From contig JBDREC010000065.1 of assembly GCA_043820105.1 (NCBI GenBank), positions 1 to 64,000 of the forward strand: a stretch of 64,000 nt of DNA. Direction: 5' to 3'. This document shows, piece after piece, positions 42,370 through 51,022 of the stretch. The notes beneath the pieces were generated by a model, which was not told the DNA's origin, made no database searches, and saw only the letters and a list, made by a program, of their open reading frames with translations. The stretch's first letter is position 1. Each line of letters starts with the position of its first letter. The DNA comes from Pseudomonadota bacterium. GTDB taxonomy: Bacteria; Bdellovibrionota_F; JAHFAK01; JBDREC01. Both the position numbers and the translations under genes were made by a program.

Positions 42370-42617
42370 GTTAAAATCCCTGCTGTTTTAATTAAAGAAA
42401 GCCCTACATCCAATGACGCTGATTGTCAAGAAATCAATCCTTAGAAGTTCTATGTGTTGGGTAAAAGATGTAATGGCAGCATTGCATTCATTAACATCTT
42501 TTCATAATCAAAAAATCAACCCAAAAGTGGGTGGCATATTTTTGCTCAAAAGTTGGACGCCAACTTTTTAATATTATAATGTCACTAATTTCTCAGAAAA
42601 AAAGGCAAGCTTGCTTT

Positions 42618-43355
42618 TTAAAATAGATTCAAACACAAAGCAACTGAAGTTGGGACAAGCCTGTTCTCAGCTTTTTTCTTTATTTTATTTAGATAATATT
42701 TATAAGAACTTCCTTCTTTTACAAATCTTTCATTAAGCTTCATAATGTGCAGGGCTTCCTCAGGAAAAATGAAGTCAACTTCAAATAAGGCACGAAAAAT
42801 TGCTTTTTGTGCTTTTGCTGAATTATCTTCAATAGATCTATCTAAAATTATTAATATTTTATCTTTTTTTTCTGGTCCAAAGAACTTTGCTTTTAAAAAA
42901 GCTATGATGGCTCTTTCACGAACTTTTTCTTCTGGATCCATTTTTTCCCATGTAAAGAAACTAGCTAGTTGCCAAAATGATTCTTCATGGGCATTTTCAA
43001 AAGCGCCAAGAGCTTCAATTATAGCTATTTTGCTCTGATATGAAAAAGGGGCTTGCCTGTTATTTAAAATAAAAACTAAAACATTAGCCATTTCTGAACC
43101 TGTGTTTTCTTTAAGCTGAGCCATTTTAGCAAACTGAGATATCATCGAATCATCAACTTCTGCTCTATTCATAACATCATACTCCTTTAAAATTTTTTGA
43201 AGCCTTTCAAGCTTATCATTATTAAAGGAAGCAAGTTCGTCCTGCAAAGCACTTACATCGCCAAATTTTGGAATTGGAGTTTGTGAAAATATAATATTTG
43301 GAAATGTTAATAGAATAGAAATAAAAAGGAAATAAACGCAGAATTTTTGTTTCAT
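42618..43355 (-). CDS. Hypothetical secreted HEAT-repeat-like protein
   Basis: Signal peptide; AIIEALG and DPEEKVRERAI helical repeats. Confidence 0.6.
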   Translation of the reverse strand: MKQKFCVYFLFISILLTFPNIIFSQTPIPKFGDVSALQDELASFNNDKLERLQKILKEYDVMNRAEVDDSMISQFAKMAQLKENTGSEMANVLVFILNNRQAPFSYQSKIAIIEALGAFENAHEESFWQLASFFTWEKMDPEEKVRERAIIAFLKAKFFGPEKKDKILIILDRSIEDNSAKAQKAIFRALFEVDFIFPEEALHIMKLNERFVKEGSSYKYYLNKIKKKAENRLVPTSVALCLNLF

Positions 43356-43503
43356 AAGGCCACCCAATAGCTTAATACAAAAGTAATGATGGGTCATTTA
43401 ACAGATAAATTGGCGCATTGCAATAAAAATCGTCCGCTGTTTATTGAAAATTAATTATTAAAAATTCCCAACAACTTTCAATTGTCACCAGCCAACTTTC
43501 GGC

Positions 43504-44064
43504 CTATTTCGTGCACTCCCACTTTTCATAAAAAACAATATTTTCAAATTCATGCCTTGGCCTGGGCTCTGGATCCTGGTCTTTATATCCAACAGTTAAT
43601 AAAGCAACAAGATACTTGTCTTTGGGAATTTCTAAAAGAGGCCTAATTTCATCCTGTGTAAACCAGGCAATCCAACAAGTAGACAAACCAAGCTCTTCAG
43701 CTTGCAAAACAATATGTTCAATTGCGATTGAAGTATCTCTGATAATTTTTTTCAAATTATTACTAGAATCATTTTCATCAACTTTAACTTCAATGTCATC
43801 AGTAACTCTGGATCTCATGTCAGCTATGCAGGCAATAATCACAGGTGCACTTGTCATCCACTGCTGATTATGGCTTAGATCTGCGAGCTTCTGAATCATT
43901 TCCTTATCTTTAACTACAATGAATCGCCAGGGTTGTGTATTATTTCCAGATGGAGCAAGTCGTGCGCTTTCCAGCAGACACCTGATTTGATCAGCACTTA
44001 CTTCTTTAGCACGATATTTTCTGATGCTTCGACGATTTTTTATTGCTGATAAAACTTTTTCCAT
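43504..44064 (-). CDS. Nitroreductase family protein
   Basis: RRSIRKY, APSGNNTQPW and LGLSTCW motifs. Confidence 0.95.
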   Translation of the reverse strand: MEKVLSAIKNRRSIRKYRAKEVSADQIRCLLESARLAPSGNNTQPWRFIVVKDKEMIQKLADLSHNQQWMTSAPVIIACIADMRSRVTDDIEVKVDENDSSNNLKKIIRDTSIAIEHIVLQAEELGLSTCWIAWFTQDEIRPLLEIPKDKYLVALLTVGYKDQDPEPRPRHEFENIVFYEKWECTK

Positions 44065-44082
44065 TTCATCTCCTTTGATTGC

Positions 44083-44802
44083 TTAAAATCTTCTAGTAAT
44101 AGCAGCACTTATTGGCGTAATACTGAAAAACCATTTATTTTCATATGAATTTTGACTTAGTTTTTTTTTGTTGAATTTATCATTATAAGCTTCCCAGTCA
44201 CTAATCGCCTTAGTTGGTGTAGTGAAAAGCTGAATTTCTGAGCCAATTAGTGCCAAAGAAAAACTCATTAAAGAATCAAAAAGCCCTTCATCAAAAGCAT
44301 AATAAATAACTAAGCCGCCAGCTGCTGCTACAGCTGCCCCAGCAATATGAGTATAAATACTTCTTCTTCCAGCTTCAATGTCTGCACTTTTTTTTAGTAA
44401 GGCCTCAGCTTTTAATAACTTCGCTAATTTTTCTTCAGGTATATCAGCTGGCATACTTTGAATTTGGCTAAGAGCATAAGCTGGAACCATGGGAATTATA
44501 AAATCTGTAGCCAGACCCAATGCACTTTGAGCCATGGTAATATAAGAAGAACCTTGTTTAAATAAATCCTGTTCAATTAATAAAGCGCCAGCACCAAAAG
44601 CCATTCCAAAAGCATGAACAGCTATCCATGAGCCATACCAAAAGCGTGCGCTATCTTGGCCCAGATCAAAGCTTGATTCAATAAAGTTTATTCTTGCTTC
44701 AATATCTTCAACTGACAAACTGTTTTCTTGAGCTTTTAAGGAAAATATACAAAGGCAAGATAGAATAAAAACTGAAATAATTTTATGTTTAATTTGCATC
44801 AA
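44083..44802 (-). CDS. Hypothetical membrane protein
   Basis: Signal peptide plus about 4 TM segments. Confidence 0.7.
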   Translation of the reverse strand: MMQIKHKIISVFILSCLCIFSLKAQENSLSVEDIEARINFIESSFDLGQDSARFWYGSWIAVHAFGMAFGAGALLIEQDLFKQGSSYITMAQSALGLATDFIIPMVPAYALSQIQSMPADIPEEKLAKLLKAEALLKKSADIEAGRRSIYTHIAGAAVAAAGGLVIYYAFDEGLFDSLMSFSLALIGSEIQLFTTPTKAISDWEAYNDKFNKKKLSQNSYENKWFFSITPISAAITRRF

Positions 44803-44905
44803 ACAGATTTAATTAAATTGTTTCTATTAATCAATTCAAAAAGATTGAATCCAAATTGACAATTCAGAAAATAAGCCAATAATTACGAACATTATTTATA
44901 AATAG

Positions 44906-45367
44906 ATGAGGTATAAAGTGATTGTTGATTCATTAAAAAACATTGAGCTTTATAAAAACATTTCAGCTGACATCGTCAAAGGGTTAGAATTTTTAAAAGA
45001 AACTAAAGATGATATTGAGCTTGGTGAATATCAAATCACACAAAACGTAAAAGCTATTGTTTCTGAATACAAAACAAAAGAAATTTTTGAACGCGGTTTT
45101 GAAGCTCATAAACGTGCGATTGATATTCAATATCCAATATGTGGTCAAGAAAGAGTTAAATGGTCACCAATTGATAAAATGGATGTAAATATTGAATATG
45201 ATCATGATAAGGACAGGACCTTTTTTAAAAACCCAAGCCAAAATACAGTAGTGGATATAGGCAACCAGATCTTTGCCATATTTTTTCCTGATGATGGACA
45301 CAGCCCACAACATTTCATAAAGGAACCCTCTTTAATTAAAAAAATTACAATAAAGGTAAAAATTTGA
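44906..45367 (+). CDS. YhcH/YjgK/YiaL family protein
   Basis: FEAHK..IDIQY, FAIFFPDDGH.P and KK..IKV motifs. Confidence 0.92.
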   Translation: MRYKVIVDSLKNIELYKNISADIVKGLEFLKETKDDIELGEYQITQNVKAIVSEYKTKEIFERGFEAHKRAIDIQYPICGQERVKWSPIDKMDVNIEYDHDKDRTFFKNPSQNTVVDIGNQIFAIFFPDDGHSPQHFIKEPSLIKKITIKVKI

Positions 45368-45536
45368 CGCTTTAGTTTATGTGGTCAAAGTTGAATTTTA
45401 AAAGAAATTGTAAAATCAGTGTAAAGCTCTATCTTTTCGGATAGTTTTCAAAAAAATGTTACCTATTTGTTACCTGTTTTTATTCGCTTCCCCCAAATGT
45501 ATCATTTATCCATGTAAAAAAATAGTTTTTGATGAC

Positions 45537-45582
45537 AATGTGATCTAAATCACTTGCGAAAAGTTGGGGATTGTAGTACAAT
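45537..45582 (+). promoter_or_regulatory. CRP/FNR-family box overlapping a sigma-70 promoter (class II geometry)
   Basis: AATGTGATCTAAATCACTT is near the CRP consensus TGTGA-N6-TCACA. TTGCGA-17bp-TACAAT spans 45554-45582. Confidence 0.7.
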
Positions 45583-45636
45583 TAGAGAATCAATATAGTA
45601 TTATATTTCAATTGGTGGATTGAGGAGGTATTAATA

Positions 45637-45855
45637 ATGGGAAGAAATAGAGTTAGAAAAAAACTGGGTGTAGATATAAACCAAGTAGAACCAAATGTTT
45701 CAAGACAACAAAATGTTAGAAGAAATGAGGTTAATCAAGTTCAGGATGATAATTTAGCTCAGGATGTTGTTGAGCCTAATGAAGTCCATAACAAATTTGC
45801 AAGTACTAGAAACATGCAAAACAGGGCTAAAAGAGTTAATAGGATGAGGCGTTAG
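45637..45855 (+). CDS. Small peptide, putative RiPP precursor
   Basis: Strong RBS GAGGAGGT; 72 aa; 35 bp upstream of the rSAM/SPASM gene. Confidence 0.75.
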   Translation: MGRNRVRKKLGVDINQVEPNVSRQQNVRRNEVNQVQDDNLAQDVVEPNEVHNKFASTRNMQNRAKRVNRMRR

Positions 45856-45890
45856 TTAGAAAATATTTTAATTTTTTATAAAGATTCATA

Positions 45891-47006
45891 ATGACATTCA
45901 TAATAAAGCTCTTGTACCAGTGCAATTTAAATTGCAGTTATTGTTACGAAAAAAATACCATTTCAAAAAAAACAAAATTAAATCTAGAACAAGCCAAACA
46001 CATTATAAAAGTAACAGCTGATTTTTACCATTATAAGAACCCTAATGAAAAACTAAACTATGCATGGTATGGCGGCGAACCAATGTTAAAACCTCTAGAC
46101 TTTTACAAAGAAATAGTAGCATTTCAAAAGAATCTTTTTAAAAACAATGAAAATTGGTCAAATGGTCTGCAAACCAACCTAGTTACATTAAGTGAAAATT
46201 GGATTTCCTTTTTAGCTGATCCTGAAAACAAGTTTAGCATAGGGGTTTCATATGACTTTTGTGATAAAAATAGAAGTTTTGAAAATGGAAAAAATTCTGA
46301 TGAGATTGTCTTAGATAATATTGAGAAACTGTATAATGCTGGTGTTGATGTTACATTATTAACAACAGTAAATAAAAATAATATTGAAAAGACAGATGAA
46401 ATTTTAAAATTCCTTCATCAAAATGATATTTCTTTAAGATTTACACAGCTTTTTTACCCTCATGGAGATACTACTCAGGTTAATCGAATTAAAGAGGTAA
46501 GGGAAAGTGATGAAAACTATATTAAATTTTTGTCAAAAATAATAGTAACCTGGTGGAAGGATGATAAAACAAACTCAATAGTTGATAATGGATATTTTTC
46601 TGGCAACAAACTGCTGAAGAAAGACAATAAGTCAATATGCTGGTTCTCCAAAGAGTGTGGAAAAGAGTTTTTTGGAATTGAGCCCAATGGGGATATTTAT
46701 CCCTGTGACTTACTATTTGGAAGTGAATATTTATATGGAAATATTTTTAAAGACCCATTTGACAAAATCGCAAATTCTCCAAAAAGAAATAAGTTTAATA
46801 AGCGCTCAGATCATATTAAAAAAGAATGTGCAGGTTGTAATTACCTTGAGATATGCAATGGAGGGTGCCCTGGGCATGCCTATGGGTGTAATATTGACCC
46901 AATGAAAAAAGATCCCTTTTGTCAAATTCATAAAAGTACATTTGATCAAATGAAAAAACTTCTTGTTGAAGATAAAATAATAAATGAAAAGAGTGATTTA
47001 CTTTAG
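45891..47006 (+). CDS. Radical SAM/SPASM domain protein (anSME-like peptide maturase)
   Basis: CNLNCSYC, GGEP, QTN; SPASM motifs C..., GDIYPC, CAGC...C.GGCP and FC. Confidence 0.93.
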   Translation: MTFIIKLLYQCNLNCSYCYEKNTISKKTKLNLEQAKHIIKVTADFYHYKNPNEKLNYAWYGGEPMLKPLDFYKEIVAFQKNLFKNNENWSNGLQTNLVTLSENWISFLADPENKFSIGVSYDFCDKNRSFENGKNSDEIVLDNIEKLYNAGVDVTLLTTVNKNNIEKTDEILKFLHQNDISLRFTQLFYPHGDTTQVNRIKEVRESDENYIKFLSKIIVTWWKDDKTNSIVDNGYFSGNKLLKKDNKSICWFSKECGKEFFGIEPNGDIYPCDLLFGSEYLYGNIFKDPFDKIANSPKRNKFNKRSDHIKKECAGCNYLEICNGGCPGHAYGCNIDPMKKDPFCQIHKSTFDQMKKLLVEDKIINEKSDLL

Positions 47007-47153
47007 TTCTTTACCCTCCCCTTTTGCATTTAATGCGCCACTACACAGAAGTTTTAAAATTCCTAAATAAAAACCTTGATTTAAATATAATACAGTGCCA
47101 AATAATATTTTGAATAAATTTACATGTTAACTTTTAGATGAGTAGATATTGCT

Positions 47154-48485
47154 ATGAGTGAAGCAGTAAAAGTAAGCTATTTAAAACAAGCATCAAGAGA
47201 TTATGTCAACGGACTATTAAGCCTGATAACTTGTTCAAGAGAACTCAAACTAATTTATTTACTAACAATTTTGGATACAATTTGTTTTCTAGCTACCACA
47301 GTTGTGCTTGGATCATTCCTTACAAAAGAGATGGGATTATCTGATCCTGTTGCAGGCACCATCTACGGAATGTTTCTTGCAGCCCGTGCAATTTTTATGC
47401 TTTTTATTGGATTTTTGTCTGATAGTATTGGTGTTAGGCGATCATTGGCTCTAGGTTTCTTGTCCCTGGCTATTGGGGCCTTGATGTTATCATTTTCACT
47501 AAGCCCTTGGCTAATTTACCCAGGAATGCTTGTTGTTGCTCTGGGCTTTTCTTTTGTACTTCCAATTCTTGCAGCATCAGTTAGGATTTACTCTACTAAG
47601 AAAATTCATAGATTTGCCTTTTCATGGTATTATGTTGTAATGAACATAGGTGCATTGATTGGTAGCGTAGTTCTTGAAAAGTTGAAGTCAACATTCACTG
47701 ATACTATAGTTATTAATTTATACGTGTTTTCTGTTTCAATAAAACCAATGCAGATGCTGTTTTTAGTAGCTGCTTTTGTTGCCTGTATTTCAATTTTGAT
47801 TATACTGCTATTTGTAAGAGAAAGAAGCAGCATTTCCAGAACAAAAAAGAAAATGCCACTTAAAATAATGAAAGATATTGGTAGTGATAAGCTCTTTTGG
47901 CTCTTTATTCTTTTTCTTTTCATTCTAGTTTTAGTTGAAATGATTTTTGAATATTACTATTCAGTTTTTCCCGCCTATACCAGCAGAATCGGATTAGAAA
48001 CGGAGGTTAATAAATTATCACTTTTGAATCCTCTTATTATTATCTTTCTTGTGCCTGTTATTACTGCTTTTACAAATAGGCTAAGGGGATATTATGTTGT
48101 TGTAGCAGGAGCTTTCATTATTGCTGGGTCAGTTTTTTTTATGGGTTTTGGAGAATCATTAATGTTAATCGCACTTTTCACGGTAGCAATTTCTGTTGGT
48201 GAAGCGGTATTCTATCCAAGGCTATATGATTATACTGCTGAAGTTGCACCACCAGGACAACTTGTTTCATATATGGCTCTTTCTAAAATTCCTTTATTTT
48301 TTGGAAGAATACTAACTGGTCCAACTACTGGTATTTTATTATATTCTCTTTGCCCAGAGCAAGGCGATAGAAATTCTGAGCTAATGTGGATTATAATAGG
48401 TATGTCAGTGTTAATTGCACCTGTTGTTTTGATCTTAGGGACAAAAAAACTTGATGTTGAGATGAGAAGAAAGCGTTTTGTTTAA
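47154..48485 (+). CDS. MFS transporter, POT/peptide-transporter-like
   Basis: GFLSDSIGVRR motif A, FSWYYVVMNIG, LNPLII and GE...P...APPG...YM motifs. Confidence 0.85.
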   Translation: MSEAVKVSYLKQASRDYVNGLLSLITCSRELKLIYLLTILDTICFLATTVVLGSFLTKEMGLSDPVAGTIYGMFLAARAIFMLFIGFLSDSIGVRRSLALGFLSLAIGALMLSFSLSPWLIYPGMLVVALGFSFVLPILAASVRIYSTKKIHRFAFSWYYVVMNIGALIGSVVLEKLKSTFTDTIVINLYVFSVSIKPMQMLFLVAAFVACISILIILLFVRERSSISRTKKKMPLKIMKDIGSDKLFWLFILFLFILVLVEMIFEYYYSVFPAYTSRIGLETEVNKLSLLNPLIIIFLVPVITAFTNRLRGYYVVVAGAFIIAGSVFFMGFGESLMLIALFTVAISVGEAVFYPRLYDYTAEVAPPGQLVSYMALSKIPLFFGRILTGPTTGILLYSLCPEQGDRNSELMWIIIGMSVLIAPVVLILGTKKLDVEMRRKRFV

Positions 48486-48867
48486 GCGCTGACTGCTTCT
48501 CTACACCTTTATTTTATACCATTTCCTATGGTTTTCTACCTTTTCGCACCCCTTTTACACCCCTTGAATGGAAGAAACAGTATTGACGATTCTATGGATC
48601 GCGAAATATTTTTTTTATCCATTATTTTTTTTATAGGGATTAGAATCTCCATAATTCAGCCCTTGGAAATTAATTCCAAATTCAATCGCCATAACTGTTC
48701 CGAGCAGAAGCTTTGAACGCAAACCCTCGTTTTAGATAACTTGAGTATATATTATCCCAACTTCCAGAAACAAGAGATCATGTAATAATTTATCACGAAT
48801 TTCATAAAATTAATTAATCCTATTATGGTTCATCTCCATTTTGAGTACCTAAACAATAAACCGGGCT

Positions 48868-49013
48868 TATAAAAAACATTACAAAACCTCTTTTTCAAAA
48901 AGCTAATGCCCACACTCCTTATTCAAGCAATAAAAATATTTTATTGCTTTCATGCAGTCGTGCTCCTGCATTTTTATGCTTTTTTAAAAAGAGGTTTTGT
49001 AATGTTTTTTATA
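48868..49013. repeat. MITE/REP-like palindromic element
   Basis: 36-bp terminal inverted repeats with one mismatch (48868-48903 / 48978-49013) and two internal hairpins. Confidence 0.8.
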
Positions 49014-49145
49014 CCAATTTATTAAGAGCAGTTCTTAATTTAGTCCACATTGTATCAAGTATTGTTATATCTTATTATTTAGAAACAGTGCTAGCTAAAA
49101 GTTTTAACGGATCTCTTTTATAAAATGCATTAAAAGCAAGGAGAA

Positions 49146-49664
49146 TTTAAACTACCTAAAGAGGTTAAGATTTGCTGCCAAATATATGTCAAAGAAGTAG
49201 AAAGTTTAAATAAGCAGATATCACAAATAGAGAAAAATTATTTAAAAATAATAATGACAAAAAAACTTAGAACGAAATATGAATTAATAAAAACAATACC
49301 AGGCATAGGGCAATTAATAGCTGCAACATTATTATTAGAAATAGAAGATTTTAATCGGTTTAGTAATGCAAAAAAATTATCAGCGTTTCTGGGATTAACA
49401 CCGAGAGAATACTCTTCAGGAGAGCATATTCATAAAGATAGAATAACAAAGCAAGGTAATAGCTGGTTAAGGTGTTTATTAATTGAAGCTGCGTGGATAT
49501 TAATAAAAAAAGATAAAAAAATGGAAAAAGTATTTAATAGGATAAGTCATCAGACAGGAAGTAAAAAGAAAGCAATAGTAGCGGTAGCTAGAAGAATGGT
49601 ATGTATATTATTATCAATGATGAAAAACAATGAAAGTTATGAGTTAAACTTTAATAATAGATAA
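49146..49664 (+). pseudogene. IS110 transposase C-terminal fragment (no DEDD/RuvC domain)
   Basis: TIPGIG, F.NAKKL.AFLGLTP..YSSG, ITKQGN..LR..LIEAA and AIVAVARR motifs. Confidence 0.9.
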
Positions 49665-49699
49665 ATGAAATTAAATTAATTATTAGAAGATATTACAAT

Positions 49700-49845
49700 G
49701 ACAAGAAATTACGACCTCGACAGCCGATCTGTGCTGAAAACACGATAAGGAGAATGAGGCGTAATATAGCATTAAACGAATATGCAAACTGAGACATTGT
49801 TACGATAATGATCTCGAATGGGAGAATGTGAATATGTCTAATAAT
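49700..49845 (+). ncRNA. Putative bridge RNA / seekRNA
   Basis: Two stem-flanked loops carry paired guides that match the insertion target and the element's right end (see findings). Confidence 0.7.
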
Positions 49846-50120
49846 TTAATAGAAAGGATAGTATATATGTAATTTTAACTTGACGATACACATGGGAGAT
49901 CGGTGCTTAGTATTTTATAAAAGAGATCTGTTTAAACTTTTAGCGTAGGTACGCAATTCGGAGATGAGCCAAAATTATTATTAGAAGATGAAAGAATTGA
50001 TATTAACTTAAAAAATAATAAAAATATGACAGCTGCAATGTTAGCCAAGAATTATATGAGCTATATAGTTTTTAATTTTTTAAATAAAGACCCAAGAATA
50101 CAAAATTAAAAGCAACCCCT

Positions 50121-50186
50121 TACGATATCCTGAAACAGAAAGAACTTCTGGGACAGGCAGATGTTAAAACAACACTCCAGTATCAC
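50121..50186 (+). pseudogene. Tyrosine recombinase/integrase C-terminal remnant
   Basis: Translates YDILKQKELLGQADVKTTLQYH, resembling box II (YDIRTVQELLGH.DV.TT.IYTH). Confidence 0.6.
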
Positions 50187-50221
50187 ACCTCATCCCCAAG
50201 CAATTCTATAAGATCATAGGC

Positions 50222-50261
50222 AAAAAAAAATGATTTCAGCTCGTAATAAACTGAAATCATT
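50222..50261 (-). terminator. Rho-independent terminator of the tRNA-Lys/Glu operon
   Basis: AATGATTTCAG/CTGAAATCATT stem followed by a T-run on the minus strand. Confidence 0.8.
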
Positions 50262-50274
50262 CTTTAAAAAGTCA

Positions 50275-50349
50275 CGTCCCCACGGGGATTCGAACCCCGG
50301 TCGCCGCCGTGAAAGGGCGGTGTCCTAGGCCGGGCTAGACGATAGGGAC
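50275..50349 (-). tRNA. tRNA-Glu (TTC)
   Basis: Cloverleaf GTCCCTATCGTCTAG...CTTTCAC...GTTCGAATCC; CCA not encoded. Confidence 0.95.
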
Positions 50350-50360
50350 AAGTTTCATGA

Positions 50361-50433
50361 TGAGCCAGGAGGGAGTCGAACCCGCGACCCACGCCTTAAA
50401 AGGGCGTTGCTCTACCAACTGAGCTACTGGCCC
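50361..50433 (-). tRNA. tRNA-Lys (TTT)
   Basis: GGGCCAGTAGCTCAGTTGGTAGAGC...CTTTTAA...GTTCGACT cloverleaf; one T-stem mismatch. Confidence 0.93.
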
Positions 50434-50593
50434 AAAAATGATCAAATTTTTGATCCATCCAAAACTTGAGGCATGCTTTTAGTTAAATTAAATTTTTAAG
50501 TCAATAATTTTTTCATACTTTTTTTATTTTTATTTTTCAAAAACTTGACAATTTCTTACATATAATAAAAGTTGTCTAAAATTACCAGCTTAT

Positions 50594-51022
50594 GTGATAC
50601 AAAAAATGAAAATTAATTTAGCAGACATAAAAAAAACACTTCAAACAAAGCTTTATCAAAGAAAAAATAAATTCGGTAATAATTATTTTTTAATTAACAC
50701 AGCTTGTTGTTATGAAACCGGTGATGACTCTAGTTTAAGTTCTCTTAACAGAGTATTTAAACCTGATGAAGCTTCGATTCTGATTATAACTGGTCCAATA
50801 AATAAAAAAATGCAAGCAATGGTAATCAAGGCCTATGAAAATCTGCAAAAACCAAAACTTGTATTTGCCCTGGGAAACTGTACTGATGACTGTAGAATAT
50901 TAAAGCACGATTCTGAAAACTTGGCAACTTTACATAAAATTTTAAATATTGATTATTTTATACCAGGATGCCCTGCATATCTAAGCCAACTAGATAATTT
51001 TATTAAGGATCTGGCAACATGA
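50594..51022 (+). CDS. Divergent NuoB-like (complex I 20 kDa) protein
   Basis: TACC, IITG, KPK.V.A.GNC and DYFIPGCP motifs. Confidence 0.8.
   Translation: MIQKMKINLADIKKTLQTKLYQRKNKFGNNYFLINTACCYETGDDSSLSSLNRVFKPDEASILIITGPINKKMQAMVIKAYENLQKPKLVFALGNCTDDCRILKHDSENLATLHKILNIDYFIPGCPAYLSQLDNFIKDLAT

Larger units (their letters stand above)
49145..49899 (+). mobile_element. 5'-truncated IS110/IS1111-family element
   Basis: Transposase C-terminal half plus about 235 bp of 3' non-coding region, with an outward TTGACG at 49880 near the end. Confidence 0.85.
49094..49944. repeat. Palindromic element split by the IS110 insertion
   Basis: 33-bp inverted arms at 49094-49126 and 49912-49944 (two mismatches) flank the IS remnant. 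Confidence 0.8.

Noticed and set aside
42532-42546. Sigma-54-like TGGCATATTTTTGC
   Set aside because: GG-GC spacing is 9 rather than 10, and no plus-strand gene follows.
48528-48716. 62-aa ORF and short minus-strand frames in this spacer
   Set aside because: No RBS or recognisable motif; likely decayed sequence.
49094-49944. Palindrome as an integron attC site
   Set aside because: The ends do not fit RYYYAAC/GTTRRRY, the symmetry extends beyond them, and there is no cassette array.
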